DNA of 53,071 nucleotides from a virus (IMGVR_UViG_3300032216_000356:1-53071); one strand, 5' to 3'. Positions 38,542-48,546 are shown, counted from the stretch's first letter. Notes: a model not told the origin generated them from the sequence alone. Numbers and translations are program-made.

Positions 38542-38878
38542 CTTTAGGATCGAAGTTATATAGTTCGGAGTAAACGTTTTTAATACGAAGGAATTTAGGA
38601 CCATGCTCATGGAAGTCATCATCACCCCGAACATAGAGAGCTAGGTGAACCATTTCATGTAGGAGAGTTTGAAAGATAGTAGTAAAGTGCCCACAAGCAT
38701 TAGAACTGATTTGGATCTCCATCTCATGCTCATCAAAACAACCGTATATATTAGGATTCTTAATAACTTTGAATTTAACTTTGTGAGATTTAGGCATAGG
38801 AAGGGTATTGAATGGTGCCATTTGACATGCCATATTGTATAGAATTTCTAAGTTCTTTTTGGTTAATGTAGTTTTCAT
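38534..38878 (-). CDS. SprT-like zinc metalloprotease
   Basis: TLLHEMVH...HGPKF. Likely ATG at 38878 (ATGA overlap with the upstream peptide). Confidence 0.8.
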   Translation of the reverse strand: MKTTLTKKNLEILYNMACQMAPFNTLPMPKSHKVKFKVIKNPNIYGCFDEHEMEIQISSNACGHFTTIFQTLLHEMVHLALYVRGDDDFHEHGPKFLRIKNVYSELYNFDPKAI

Positions 38879-38952
38879 AGTGGCATCGTATGAACGTAGT
38901 ATAAAAGCCAAATAAGAGCTACATAGAACACAAATAAAAAGAAGTTTTTCAT
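38875..38952 (-). CDS. Small hydrophobic peptide (25 aa; not in ORF track)
   Basis: MKNFFLFVFYVALIWLLYYVHTMPL. Its stop overlaps the SprT start. Confidence 0.4.
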   Translation of the reverse strand: MKNFFLFVFYVALIWLLYYVHTMPL

Positions 38953-39051
38953 TTTGAACCCCACCCTAAAAACATATTATACTAAAAGACTATACATAAT
39001 AGATAAAACTAGGTTAAAATAAGTTTCATTGCTGCAAATTTAATCAAAAAG

Positions 39052-39687
39052 GTGTATCAGCGACACATGTCAGACCTAAATATTCAAGAAAATCAACAAG
39101 TTACCTCTGAAAACGTGGTAATGTATCCTATTATTGACGATAATATCCCTATTCCTAAGTCTGCACGCGAGGCTTTACCTGAACTATCCAACGAAGAAGA
39201 GCTAGAAATGATGGCTAATACCATTAAATTGATCTCAGACTTAACCGGAGAACAGATTCAGGCTACGCAAGATGATATAAATGAAGCAAAAACAGTAGCT
39301 GAAACGCTAATTAAACATCCTGAAACTAAAATTCAATACAAAAAATATAAAAGTCCTGTATTAGCTTCACTTGCAGGTATGGTTGCAGAGCTAGGAGCTG
39401 ATAATGTAGTAGATGATCTAAAAGAATTAAAGACATTTGTAGTAAATGGGCTTATTAGAGAAGCAACAACCGCAGATAAACCTAAAGAACGTATTACAGC
39501 GCTACGTGCAATTGGTGAGGTAGATGGAGTCGATGCATTTAAAAAACATACTGAGGTTATTCATAAAAATATGTCGATGGATGATATTGAAGATAAGCTT
39601 ACATCACTTGTAAATAAATTACAAAAACGGTTAGACATAAAAGACTCACAAGTTATTGATGCAGAAATTATAAAAGAGGGTAAATAA
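39052..39687 (+). CDS. Putative terminase small subunit
   Basis: Upstream of TerL, with a RITALRAIGEVDGVDAF helix motif. Start may be ATG 39067. Confidence 0.55.
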   Translation: MYQRHMSDLNIQENQQVTSENVVMYPIIDDNIPIPKSAREALPELSNEEELEMMANTIKLISDLTGEQIQATQDDINEAKTVAETLIKHPETKIQYKKYKSPVLASLAGMVAELGADNVVDDLKELKTFVVNGLIREATTADKPKERITALRAIGEVDGVDAFKKHTEVIHKNMSMDDIEDKLTSLVNKLQKRLDIKDSQVIDAEIIKEGK

Positions 39688-40251
39688 ATGTATAAAGATG
39701 CAAAGCTAAAAGATTTTATAAAAGTGTACGATATTATCCCTCAAAAAGACGCTGAAAAAATTCTTAAAGAAGTAAAAAATATACCGTACGAGAGACATAA
39801 CTTCTATTCAGAAAGAACCAGAACTTATAAACAACATGAGATTGAGCCTATGAGATCAGGCGAGACAATACCTTCACATGAGATGCTTATGGATTATATG
39901 TGGCAAGCCGCTGAACAATATGCAGTTAAAGATTTAGCTTCAGATTTTTGGAACGGGTGGAATGGGTTTTCAAGACCTAAATATAATAAGTATATAGAAG
40001 GTGAAGAAATGGCATTTCATTGTGATCATATCCATGATTTATTTGATGGGATTATAAGGGGTATTCCAGTTCTTAGTATGATTGCATCATTTAATGATGA
40101 TTATGAAGGCGGAGAATTAGTAATCAATGGTGAGTCTATTAAATTAAAACAAGGACAGATTATTATATTTCCTTCTGTATTTTTATTTCCTCATAAAGTT
40201 GCTACTGTAACTAAAGGTGAACGATATACTGCTGTTTGCTGGACTTGGTGA
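39688..40251 (+). CDS. 2OG-Fe(II) oxygenase (prolyl-hydroxylase-like)
   Basis: HCD, NDDYEGGE and FPS..LFPHKV..VTKGERY motifs. Confidence 0.88.
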   Translation: MYKDAKLKDFIKVYDIIPQKDAEKILKEVKNIPYERHNFYSERTRTYKQHEIEPMRSGETIPSHEMLMDYMWQAAEQYAVKDLASDFWNGWNGFSRPKYNKYIEGEEMAFHCDHIHDLFDGIIRGIPVLSMIASFNDDYEGGELVINGESIKLKQGQIIIFPSVFLFPHKVATVTKGERYTAVCWTW

Positions 40252-41825
40252 TGTCAGAGAAAAAAGAAATAACACCTGAAGAACAAAAGAAAGAACAAGA
40301 GAAACGAATACTATCACTTATCACTTTCTTAGTAGCACATAAAAAACATTTAGATGAGGAAGAAGCTGCATTAGTTGATTCGTTGGCGGGAGCTACGGAT
40401 GGTAAAATTATCCAAGATGTTGGTAGTACATCATTTTTAGAATTTATACATCACGTATATCCTGGATATATGGTAGGAGCGCATCATAAAAAACTTGCTA
40501 ATATATTTGAAGACATTGCCGCCGGCAAAAAGAAAAGAGTTATTGTTAATATTGCGCCACGACATGGGAAGTCTGAACTTATCTCATATCTTGCACCTGC
40601 TTGGTTTTTGGGAAAGTTTCCTCATAAGAAAATTATTATGGCATCTCATACCGCTGATCTTGCTGTTAATTTTGGTCGTCGGGTACGTAATTTGGTTGGA
40701 AGTGATCCTTATAAAGATATTTTTCCAGCTGTAGAATTACAAGCAGATAGTAAATCAGCATCACGATGGGGAACAAATTATAATGGTGAATACTTTGCAA
40801 TTGGTGTGGGTGGTGCCCTCGCTGGTCGCGGGGCTGATCTTTTTATCATTGATGATCCACATTCAGAACAAGATGCTAAACTTGGACGAGCTGATGTTTT
40901 TCTCCCTGCTTGGGAGTGGTTTCAGTCTGGTCCAATTCAACGTCTTATGCCGGGCGGTGCGATTATTGTTGTGATGACAAGGTGGTCAAAGCTTGATCTG
41001 ACGGGGCAAATTGTAAACCAAATGGTTAAGAATGATGAAGTAGATCAATGGGAAGTCGTTGAATTTCCTGCTATTATTCAAGATAAAGAAGGTAGTGAAA
41101 GCCCTCTTTGGCCTGAGTTTTGGAGTTTAGAAGAATTACAGGCAAAAAAAGCAGCACTTGATGTACGGTATTGGAATGCTCAGTATTTACAAAATCCAGT
41201 ATCAGAAGAAGGTGCATTAATTAAAAGAGAGTGGTGGAAGATATGGGAAGAAGAGAATCCACCGAGTTGTGAATTTACTATTATGTCTTTAGACGCTGCG
41301 CAGGAAGCTAATACTCGCGCTGATTATAATGCACTAACTGTTTGGGGTGTCTTTTTTAACGAAGAAACCAATAACTATAATATAATACTATTAAATTCAA
41401 TTAAGAAACGATTAGAGTTTCCAGAGCTCAAAACACTTTGTATCGAAGAGTATAAAGATTGGGAACCCGATGCATTCTTAGTAGAAAAGAAATCTAACGG
41501 TGCGGCGCTCTATCAAGAGTTTAGACGCATGGGCATTCCTGTCGGTGAATTTACACCAGGTAAAGGGCAAGACAAAATAAGTCGAGTAAATGCCGTGTCA
41601 GATTTGTTTAGAAGTGGTATAGTATGGGCTCCCGATAGACGTTGGGCTCATGAAGTAATTGAAGAATGTAATGATTTTCCGAGTGGTGCTAATGACGACC
41701 TTGTAGATAGTACAACACTTGCATTGATGAGATTTAGACAAGGCGGATTTATTAGGTTACCATCCGACGAACCTGAAGATATAGTTGGATTTAAAAGCTC
41801 AAGAAATAGATTATACGCATTATAA
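40251..41825 (+). CDS. terL: Terminase large subunit
   Basis: APRHGKSE Walker A, IIDDP Walker B, MTRW, YLQNP and nuclease DDLVDS. Likely start 40251 (TGATG overlap). Confidence 0.93.
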   Translation: MSEKKEITPEEQKKEQEKRILSLITFLVAHKKHLDEEEAALVDSLAGATDGKIIQDVGSTSFLEFIHHVYPGYMVGAHHKKLANIFEDIAAGKKKRVIVNIAPRHGKSELISYLAPAWFLGKFPHKKIIMASHTADLAVNFGRRVRNLVGSDPYKDIFPAVELQADSKSASRWGTNYNGEYFAIGVGGALAGRGADLFIIDDPHSEQDAKLGRADVFLPAWEWFQSGPIQRLMPGGAIIVVMTRWSKLDLTGQIVNQMVKNDEVDQWEVVEFPAIIQDKEGSESPLWPEFWSLEELQAKKAALDVRYWNAQYLQNPVSEEGALIKREWWKIWEEENPPSCEFTIMSLDAAQEANTRADYNALTVWGVFFNEETNNYNIILLNSIKKRLEFPELKTLCIEEYKDWEPDAFLVEKKSNGAALYQEFRRMGIPVGEFTPGKGQDKISRVNAVSDLFRSGIVWAPDRRWAHEVIEECNDFPSGANDDLVDSTTLALMRFRQGGFIRLPSDEPEDIVGFKSSRNRLYAL

Positions 41826-41836
41826 GGGAATAAATT

Positions 41837-44371
41837 ATGGCAAATAATATAGATAAAAGTTTAGCACAAGCACCTCAAGGCCTAGAAGAATTAGCAGCAG
41901 GTACACCGGATTTAAGTATTGAAATTGAAAATCCCGAATCAGTCACACTAGACGATGGCAGCATGGAGATTACAATTACTCCTGGTAAAGAAGGTGATGA
42001 TAAATTTAATGCTAACTTAGCAGAAGAATTAAATGAAGGACAACTTACAGAATTAGCAGGAGATTTACTTGGCGAATTTGATGCCGATATATCTTCTCGT
42101 AAAGATTGGTTAACAACTTATGTAGATGGTCTAGAATTACTAGGACTTAAAGTTGAAGACCGCACAGAACCGTGGCCCGGTGCTTGCAATGTGTACCACC
42201 CCTTAATGACAGAAGCGCTGGTTAAGTTCCAAGCTGAAACTATGATGGAGACATTCCCCGCAGCTGGCCCAGTTAAAACACAAATCATCGGTAAACAAAC
42301 TCCAAAAAAAGAAGAAGCCGCACTTCGTGTCCAAGAAGACATGAACTATCAATTAACAGATGTAATGCAAGAATATCGCCCTGAACATGAACGCATGCTA
42401 TGGGGTCTAGGTTTAGCAGGTAATGCATTTAAAAAAGTTTATTATGATCCAAGTTTAGAACGCCAAGTTGCAATGTATGTAACTGCAGAAGATATGGTAG
42501 TACCATATGGCGCATCTAATCTAGAAACATGTGAACGTGTAACTCATGTTATGCGTAAAACAAAAAATGAATTGCATAAACTACAAGTTGCAGGTTTTTA
42601 TCGAGATGTAGATTTAGGTGAACCATATGCAGATGTAGATGAAGCTGAGAAAAAGATTGCTGAGAAACTTGGTTTCAATCCATCAGAAGATGATCGCTAC
42701 AAGATCCTTGAAATGCACGTCAACCTTGATTTAGAAAATGGTGATAGTGAAGATAACATTGCATTGCCTTATGTTATAACATTAGAAAAAGGTACAGGCA
42801 CAATCTTAGCAATTCGTCGTAATTGGAATCCAGATGATGAACTAAAAGCTAAACGTCAACATTTTGTACATTATGGATATATTCCAGGTTTTGGTTTTTA
42901 CTGTTTTGGTTTAATCCATTTAATTGGAGCATTTGCTAAATCAGGTACTATGATTCTTCGTCAATTAGTTGATGCTGGTACATTATCTAATTTACCTGGC
43001 GGGCTCAAGTCTCGTGGGCTACGCATCAAAGGTGACGATACCCCAATTGCTCCAGGTGAATTCCGTGATGTAGACGTACCATCAGGCGCTATCCGCGATA
43101 ACATTTTAATGTTACCTTATAAAGAGCCTTCACAAGTATTACAAGGTTTGATGACTCAAATCATCGAAGAAGGTCGGGCATTTGCAAATGCAGAAGGTCT
43201 TAAAGTATCTGATATGTCTGCAAACGCTCCAGTAGGTACAACACTTGCAATCCTAGAAAGAACATTAAAAGTAACATCAGCTATTCAAGCCCGTATTTAT
43301 TATGCAATGAAACAAGAGTTTAAACTACTTAAAGGCATAATCCGTGATTACACACCTTCAGAGTATAACTATGACCCAGAAGTAGGTGATCGCCGTGCTA
43401 AACAAGCTGATTACGATGATGTAGATGTGATTCCTGTAAGTGATCCTAATGCCGCAACTATGTCTCAAAAGGTTGTACAGTATCAAGCTGTTATGCAAAT
43501 GGCACAAGCTAATCCACAAATCTATGATCAAGTAGAACTTAATAAACAAATGCTAGAAGTATTAGGTATTAAAAATATTGGAAAACTTATTCCATCAGCT
43601 GAAGATCAATCTCCAAAAGATCCTGTATCAGAAAATATGAATATTATTAATGGTAAACCTGTTAAAGCATTTATCTATCAAGATCATCAAGCACATATTG
43701 CAGTTCATATGGCAGCTATGCAAGATCCTAAAATACAGCAAATGGTTGGCCAAAATCCTCAAGCAGGTACTATTCAATCTGCAGCCATGGCACATATTAA
43801 TGAGCACGTTGCTTTTGAATATAGAAAACAACTTGAAGAACAACTAGGTGTTCCATTACCTAAACCTGATGAAACATTACCGCAAGATGTAGAATTTGAA
43901 TTATCTAAAGTAATGGCCGAAGCTGCTAAAAAACTTAATGCTAAATCAACAGCAGAAGCTCAACAAGAACAAGCTCAACAACAATCTCAAGATCCTATTT
44001 TACAAATGCAACAACAAGAACTACAACTTAAAGCTCAAGACTTGCAAATTAAACAGCAAAAAACTATGGCTGATATTCAAGCAGAACAACAACGTCTTGA
44101 ACTTGATAAGATGCGTATTGAATCTCAAGAACGTATTGCCGGAGCTCAACTTGGTGCTGATGTAGTAATGAGTGATAAAGAATTAAAAGCTAAACAACTT
44201 ATGGAAGGTACTCGTTTAGGTATTGATGCAGTTAAGAGTAAAGAACAACTTAATCATCAAAAAGAACAAAGTAATAGACAACATGAGATACAATTTAAAC
44301 AACAGGAACTACAATCTAAACAACAGGAACTACAATCTAAACAACAGGAACCACAACAAACACAGGAGTAA
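41837..44371 (+). CDS. Portal protein with Q-rich coiled-coil barrel
   Basis: 844 aa following TerL, P22-like size, with AFKKVYYD, GFYCFGL and PVGTT motifs and a long Gln-rich C-terminal coil. Confidence 0.85.
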   Translation: MANNIDKSLAQAPQGLEELAAGTPDLSIEIENPESVTLDDGSMEITITPGKEGDDKFNANLAEELNEGQLTELAGDLLGEFDADISSRKDWLTTYVDGLELLGLKVEDRTEPWPGACNVYHPLMTEALVKFQAETMMETFPAAGPVKTQIIGKQTPKKEEAALRVQEDMNYQLTDVMQEYRPEHERMLWGLGLAGNAFKKVYYDPSLERQVAMYVTAEDMVVPYGASNLETCERVTHVMRKTKNELHKLQVAGFYRDVDLGEPYADVDEAEKKIAEKLGFNPSEDDRYKILEMHVNLDLENGDSEDNIALPYVITLEKGTGTILAIRRNWNPDDELKAKRQHFVHYGYIPGFGFYCFGLIHLIGAFAKSGTMILRQLVDAGTLSNLPGGLKSRGLRIKGDDTPIAPGEFRDVDVPSGAIRDNILMLPYKEPSQVLQGLMTQIIEEGRAFANAEGLKVSDMSANAPVGTTLAILERTLKVTSAIQARIYYAMKQEFKLLKGIIRDYTPSEYNYDPEVGDRRAKQADYDDVDVIPVSDPNAATMSQKVVQYQAVMQMAQANPQIYDQVELNKQMLEVLGIKNIGKLIPSAEDQSPKDPVSENMNIINGKPVKAFIYQDHQAHIAVHMAAMQDPKIQQMVGQNPQAGTIQSAAMAHINEHVAFEYRKQLEEQLGVPLPKPDETLPQDVEFELSKVMAEAAKKLNAKSTAEAQQEQAQQQSQDPILQMQQQELQLKAQDLQIKQQKTMADIQAEQQRLELDKMRIESQERIAGAQLGADVVMSDKELKAKQLMEGTRLGIDAVKSKEQLNHQKEQSNRQHEIQFKQQELQSKQQELQSKQQEPQQTQE
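44297..44351 (+). repeat. 21-bp tandem repeat (about 2.6 copies) encoding KQQELQS
   Basis: AAACAACAGGAACTACAATCT x2 plus a partial copy. Confidence 0.85.
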
Positions 44372-44374
44372 TAT

Positions 44375-44569
44375 ATGGACTCAACGCTAGAACTATTATT
44401 GTCTCGAATAGAGGATCAGCGCAAAACAGTATTATTAAATTTAGGGGATGGAGCAGCAAAAGATTTTGCTTCGTATACTAATATGACCGGATATATACGA
44501 GGTTTATCCGTAGCAGAAAGTTTGATTAGAGACCTCGCACAAAAAATGGAGACATATGACGATGAGTGA
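44375..44569 (+). CDS. Conserved small head-module protein
   Basis: Between portal and GroES, with Y....GYIRGL pattern and GGAG RBS. Confidence 0.6.
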   Translation: MDSTLELLLSRIEDQRKTVLLNLGDGAAKDFASYTNMTGYIRGLSVAESLIRDLAQKMETYDDE

Positions 44570-45008
44570 TCAAATACTCACAATGAATAAAAACTTGGTA
44601 GATGCAAATGGTCGACCAATTATTGTTCCAAAGATTGAAGATGTAGAAGCAGAAGATATTCCAATTGATGAACGAGGATTACAATTACCAGAACCAAAAG
44701 GATATAAAATTTTATGTGCAATCCCAGAAGCATCGGATACATATGAAAGTGGTATTGTTAAAGCAGGAAATGTTAAGCATACTGAAGAATTAGCTACTGT
44801 AGTTTTATTTGTAGTTAAACTTGGAGATATGGCTTATTCAGATAAAGAAAGATTTCCTACAGGTTCATGGTGTAAAGAAGGTGATTTTATTTTAACACGT
44901 GCATATGCAGGTACTAGATTTAAAATTCACGGAAGAGAGTTTAGGATTATAAATGACGATACTGTAGAAGGTGTTGTTCAAGATCCTAGGGGATATACTA
45001 GAGCATGA
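44556..45008 (+). CDS. groES: Co-chaperonin GroES-like protein
   Basis: PKGYKIL, T.SGIV, VVKLG, CKEGDFI, YAGTRF and FRIINDD motifs. Confidence 0.85.
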   Translation: MTMSDQILTMNKNLVDANGRPIIVPKIEDVEAEDIPIDERGLQLPEPKGYKILCAIPEASDTYESGIVKAGNVKHTEELATVVLFVVKLGDMAYSDKERFPTGSWCKEGDFILTRAYAGTRFKIHGREFRIINDDTVEGVVQDPRGYTRA

Positions 45009-45484
45009 TAGAACTCACTCCTAAAGAAAAAAGGGCACTAGCTAAAAAAGCATGGGCTCAGGCAAACAGAAGTAAACGTAATGCCACTAATAAACTTTGG
45101 AGAGATAAAAATAAAGAAACAATTGCTGCATACAAAAAAGCTTGGAGAGAACGAAATAAAGAACAACAAGCATTGTATGACAAACTATGGAAAAAATTAA
45201 ATCCTGAAAAAGTTAATGCGCAAGTTTCAAAAAGAAGAACCGCTAAATTAAATCGAATACCTAAATGGTTAAATTTAGAAGCATTAAAAGAAATAGAGGC
45301 TTTATATAAATTAGCCATAAAGAAAACGAAAGAAACAGGAATTAAGTGGCACGTTGATCACATAATTCCATTACAGGGCAAGATTGTAAGTGGGCTGCAT
45401 GTTCCAGCAAATTTACAAGTAATATCAGCAGTAGAAAACTTAAAAAAGAACAACAAATTCACTGAGCATATCAGTGCAAACTAA
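45005..45484 (+). CDS. HNH endonuclease (free-standing)
   Basis: WHVDHIIPLQG..VSGLHVPANLQVI...N..K.N, with a basic N-terminal repeat region. Confidence 0.88.
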   Translation: MIELTPKEKRALAKKAWAQANRSKRNATNKLWRDKNKETIAAYKKAWRERNKEQQALYDKLWKKLNPEKVNAQVSKRRTAKLNRIPKWLNLEALKEIEALYKLAIKKTKETGIKWHVDHIIPLQGKIVSGLHVPANLQVISAVENLKKNNKFTEHISAN

Positions 45485-45494
45485 GGAGAACTAA

Positions 45495-46538
45495 ATGGTT
45501 ACCGAAACAAAAGACGGCATTGTCTTTGAATATCCAGACGATGATGAAATTCCAGGTACTACGGGGAATAAACTATCTGACGAACAAGAAGTTGATTTAA
45601 ATCCTAAACAAGCTGAATCTAAAAAAGAAATTAAGGTAGAAGCTAAGGTTGATGATTTTGATCTTGAAATTGAAGATGATACCCCTATTGCCGATAAAGG
45701 CAAAGAACCTTTACCTAAAGAAAAAGTTGAAGAACTAGAAAACGACACTTTAGAAGATTATTCTGAACGTGTTAAACAACGTATGGCCCAGCTTAAAAAA
45801 GTTTGGCATGATGAAAGACGTGCTAAAGAAGCAGCCGACCGTGAACGTGAAGAAGCTATTCGATATGCTCAAAAAATTGCAGAAGAAAATAAAAAGCTAA
45901 AAACAACGTTACATTCTGGAGAAGCCACTTATATTGAGACACTTAAAAATGCTCTTGAAAGTGAACTTTCTTTAGCTAAAGAATCTTACCGTAAGGCCTA
46001 TGATACAGGCGAAACAGAGAGTATAATTGAAGCACAATCAAAAATGAACGATGCTCAATTTCGCTTATCTCAAGCCAAACAATATGAGCCTCAATTTAAA
46101 AATACTTTACAAGAACCAGAAAATCCTGTATATATACCACAATCACAGATACAAGCTCCTAGACTAAGTGACAAAGACGTTGCTTGGCAGGAAAAGAATG
46201 ATTGGTTTGGAAAAAATAGGACAATGACTTCCTTAGCTTTAGGGGTGCATGAAGACCTTAAATCAGAAGGAGTTGTTATTGGATCTGATGAATATTACCG
46301 TCGTGTTGATAGCACGATGCAAAAACGATTCCCAGAATACTTTGGGGATGCAACGCTAGACGAGGAAAAACCCGCCGAGCGCACAAAACCTTCGACTGTA
46401 GTTGCCCCGGCAACGCGTAGCACCGCGCCAAAAAAAGTGCGTCTGACGAAGACACAAGTAGCGTTAGCCAAGAAATTTGGTTTAACACCGGAGCAGTATG
46501 CAAGAGAAACTTTAAAATTGGAGAGAACAAATGGATAA
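45495..46538 (+). CDS. Putative capsid scaffolding protein
   Basis: Acidic N-terminus, coiled coil, WQEKNDWFG and a C-terminal LT..QVALAKKFGL..EQYA, upstream of the capsid genes. Confidence 0.7.
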   Translation: MVTETKDGIVFEYPDDDEIPGTTGNKLSDEQEVDLNPKQAESKKEIKVEAKVDDFDLEIEDDTPIADKGKEPLPKEKVEELENDTLEDYSERVKQRMAQLKKVWHDERRAKEAADREREEAIRYAQKIAEENKKLKTTLHSGEATYIETLKNALESELSLAKESYRKAYDTGETESIIEAQSKMNDAQFRLSQAKQYEPQFKNTLQEPENPVYIPQSQIQAPRLSDKDVAWQEKNDWFGKNRTMTSLALGVHEDLKSEGVVIGSDEYYRRVDSTMQKRFPEYFGDATLDEEKPAERTKPSTVVAPATRSTAPKKVRLTKTQVALAKKFGLTPEQYARETLKLERTNG

Positions 46539-46977
46539 AAGATTAGACCGTGAACAAGAAGTAAGAAGTGAATTTTTAAGATCTGATAGCTGGAAACCTG
46601 CATCATTATTACCTGAATTTAAAAAGGTACCTGGTTGGGCATATCGCTGGATTCGTACAAGTTTACTAAACGAAGCTGATAATCTAAATGTCTCTACAAG
46701 AATGCGTGAAGGATGGGAACCCGTTAAATTAGCGGACCACCCTGAAATGAAGTTAATGATTGACCAAAATTCTCGCTTCAAAGATGGCGTTGAAATTGGT
46801 GGATTATTACTTTGCAAGATCCCAGAAGAGTTTATTGACCAACGCAAAGCTTACTATGAAAATCAAGCAAAACAGCAAGCTGATGCAGTTGACAATAGCT
46901 TTATGAAACAGAATGATCCACGTATGCCTTTGTTTTCGGACAAAAAAGCTACAACATCATTCGGTAAAGGTAAATAA
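46531..46977 (+). CDS. Conserved head-module protein
   Basis: YRWIR, REGWEPV and GGLLLCKIP motifs. Confidence 0.6.
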   Translation: MDKRLDREQEVRSEFLRSDSWKPASLLPEFKKVPGWAYRWIRTSLLNEADNLNVSTRMREGWEPVKLADHPEMKLMIDQNSRFKDGVEIGGLLLCKIPEEFIDQRKAYYENQAKQQADAVDNSFMKQNDPRMPLFSDKKATTSFGKGK

Positions 46978-47000
46978 TATAAATATATAAGGAGATTAAT

Positions 47001-47621
47001 ATGGCTTATCCAACCATAGACAAGCCTTACGGTTTTAAACCGATCAACCGTGTAGACGGTATTGCATACGCTGGGGCTACTTTACAGTACCCAATTACAG
47101 CTTCTTATGGCACTGCAATCTATTTCGGCGATTCAGTTAAAATTGTGGCAGGCGGTACAATTGAAGTATCTGGCGCAACAACTACGGGCACTATTATCGG
47201 TGTTTTTATGGGTTGTCAATACACAAACTCATCAGGTCAAACAGTTCAAGCTCAATACTATCCAGCAAGTGGCGCAACAAATGCTATTGCTTATGTAGTA
47301 GTTGATCCAATGGCTGAATTTAAAGTAGCAGTAACAACATCTGGTACAACCGGTACAGTAACTTATGCTAATGCAACAATCTTAGGTTGTAACGTTGCAG
47401 AAGTTAAAGGTTCAGGTTCAACAACAACTGGCGACTCTGGTTCTTCAATAGTAAAACCAGCAAACGCTGCAGGTTCAGCAACAACACTCCCATGGAGAGT
47501 AGTTGGCTTAGTTCCAGATACTGCATATTACGTTTCAACTACTTTAGTTTATCCTGAAGTAATTGTTAAAATTAATAACCCACAATTAACAGCCCTTACC
47601 GGCGTTGATTACACAGCTTAA
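47001..47621 (+). CDS. Putative capsid decoration/minor capsid protein
   Basis: Strong RBS, codon use typical of high expression, directly before the MCP. Confidence 0.6.
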   Translation: MAYPTIDKPYGFKPINRVDGIAYAGATLQYPITASYGTAIYFGDSVKIVAGGTIEVSGATTTGTIIGVFMGCQYTNSSGQTVQAQYYPASGATNAIAYVVVDPMAEFKVAVTTSGTTGTVTYANATILGCNVAEVKGSGSTTTGDSGSSIVKPANAAGSATTLPWRVVGLVPDTAYYVSTTLVYPEVIVKINNPQLTALTGVDYTA

Positions 47622-47637
47622 CTAAGGAGAATAAAAC

Positions 47638-48546
47638 ATGGCTATTTCACGTGCACAGCTCCTAAAAGAGCTCTTACCAGGACTAAACGCATTATTTGGT
47701 TTAGAATATAAACGTTACGGCGAAGAACATAAAGAAATCTACGAAACAGAGACTTCAGAACGTTCATTCGAAGAAGAAACAAAACTTTCAGGTTTCTCAG
47801 CAGCACCAGTCAAAAACGAAGGCACATCTATCGCTTATGACAATGCTCAAGAAGCTTGGACAGCTCGATACAATCATCAAACTATCGCTCTTGGCTTCAG
47901 CTTAACTGAAGAAGCTGTAGAAGATAACTTGTATGATACATTATCAGCACGTTACACAAAGGCTTTAGCTCGCGCTATGGCTTACACAAAACAAGTTAAG
48001 GCTGCTGCAGTATTAAATAATGGCTTTAGTACATCATATACTGGTGGCGATGGCGTTTCATTATTTAACACAGCTCACCCTCTTGTTTCTGGTAACACAA
48101 ACAGCAACACTCAATCAACTGCAACAGATTTGAACGAAACTTCATTGGAAAATGCTGTTATTCAAATCGCTGCATGGACTGATGAGCGTGGTCTCTTGAT
48201 TGCTGCTCAACCACGTAAACTTATTGTTCCACCAGCATTGCAATTCGTTGCAACTCGCTTGTTAGAAACTGAGTTACGTGTTGGTACAGCTGACAATGAT
48301 ATCAATGCAATTAAGAATAACGGTTCTATCCCAGAAGGTTACACAGTTAACCACTTCTTGACAGATACAAACGGTTATTTCTTAACAACTGATGTTCCTA
48401 ACGGCATGAAGCACTTTGAACGTACTCCATTGTCTACATCTATGGATGGTGACTTTGATACAGGTAACGTTCGTTACAAGGCTCGTGAACGTTATTCATT
48501 TGGTTGGTCAGATCCTCTTGGTATGTGGGGTTCACCAGGTGCTTAA
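47638..48546 (+). CDS. Major capsid protein
   Basis: MAISRAQLLKELLPGLNALFG...DFDTGNVRYKARERYSFGWSD family signature, followed by a terminator. Confidence 0.9.
   Translation: MAISRAQLLKELLPGLNALFGLEYKRYGEEHKEIYETETSERSFEEETKLSGFSAAPVKNEGTSIAYDNAQEAWTARYNHQTIALGFSLTEEAVEDNLYDTLSARYTKALARAMAYTKQVKAAAVLNNGFSTSYTGGDGVSLFNTAHPLVSGNTNSNTQSTATDLNETSLENAVIQIAAWTDERGLLIAAQPRKLIVPPALQFVATRLLETELRVGTADNDINAIKNNGSIPEGYTVNHFLTDTNGYFLTTDVPNGMKHFERTPLSTSMDGDFDTGNVRYKARERYSFGWSDPLGMWGSPGA

Noticed and set aside
37987-40251. Oxygenases or zinc proteases as PqqB/PqqF pathway members
   Set aside because: PqqB has a metallo-beta-lactamase fold and PqqF is an M16 (HxxEH) peptidase. These genes have 2OG cupin or HExxH motifs and are not linked to pqqA. 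No radical-SAM PqqE is seen.
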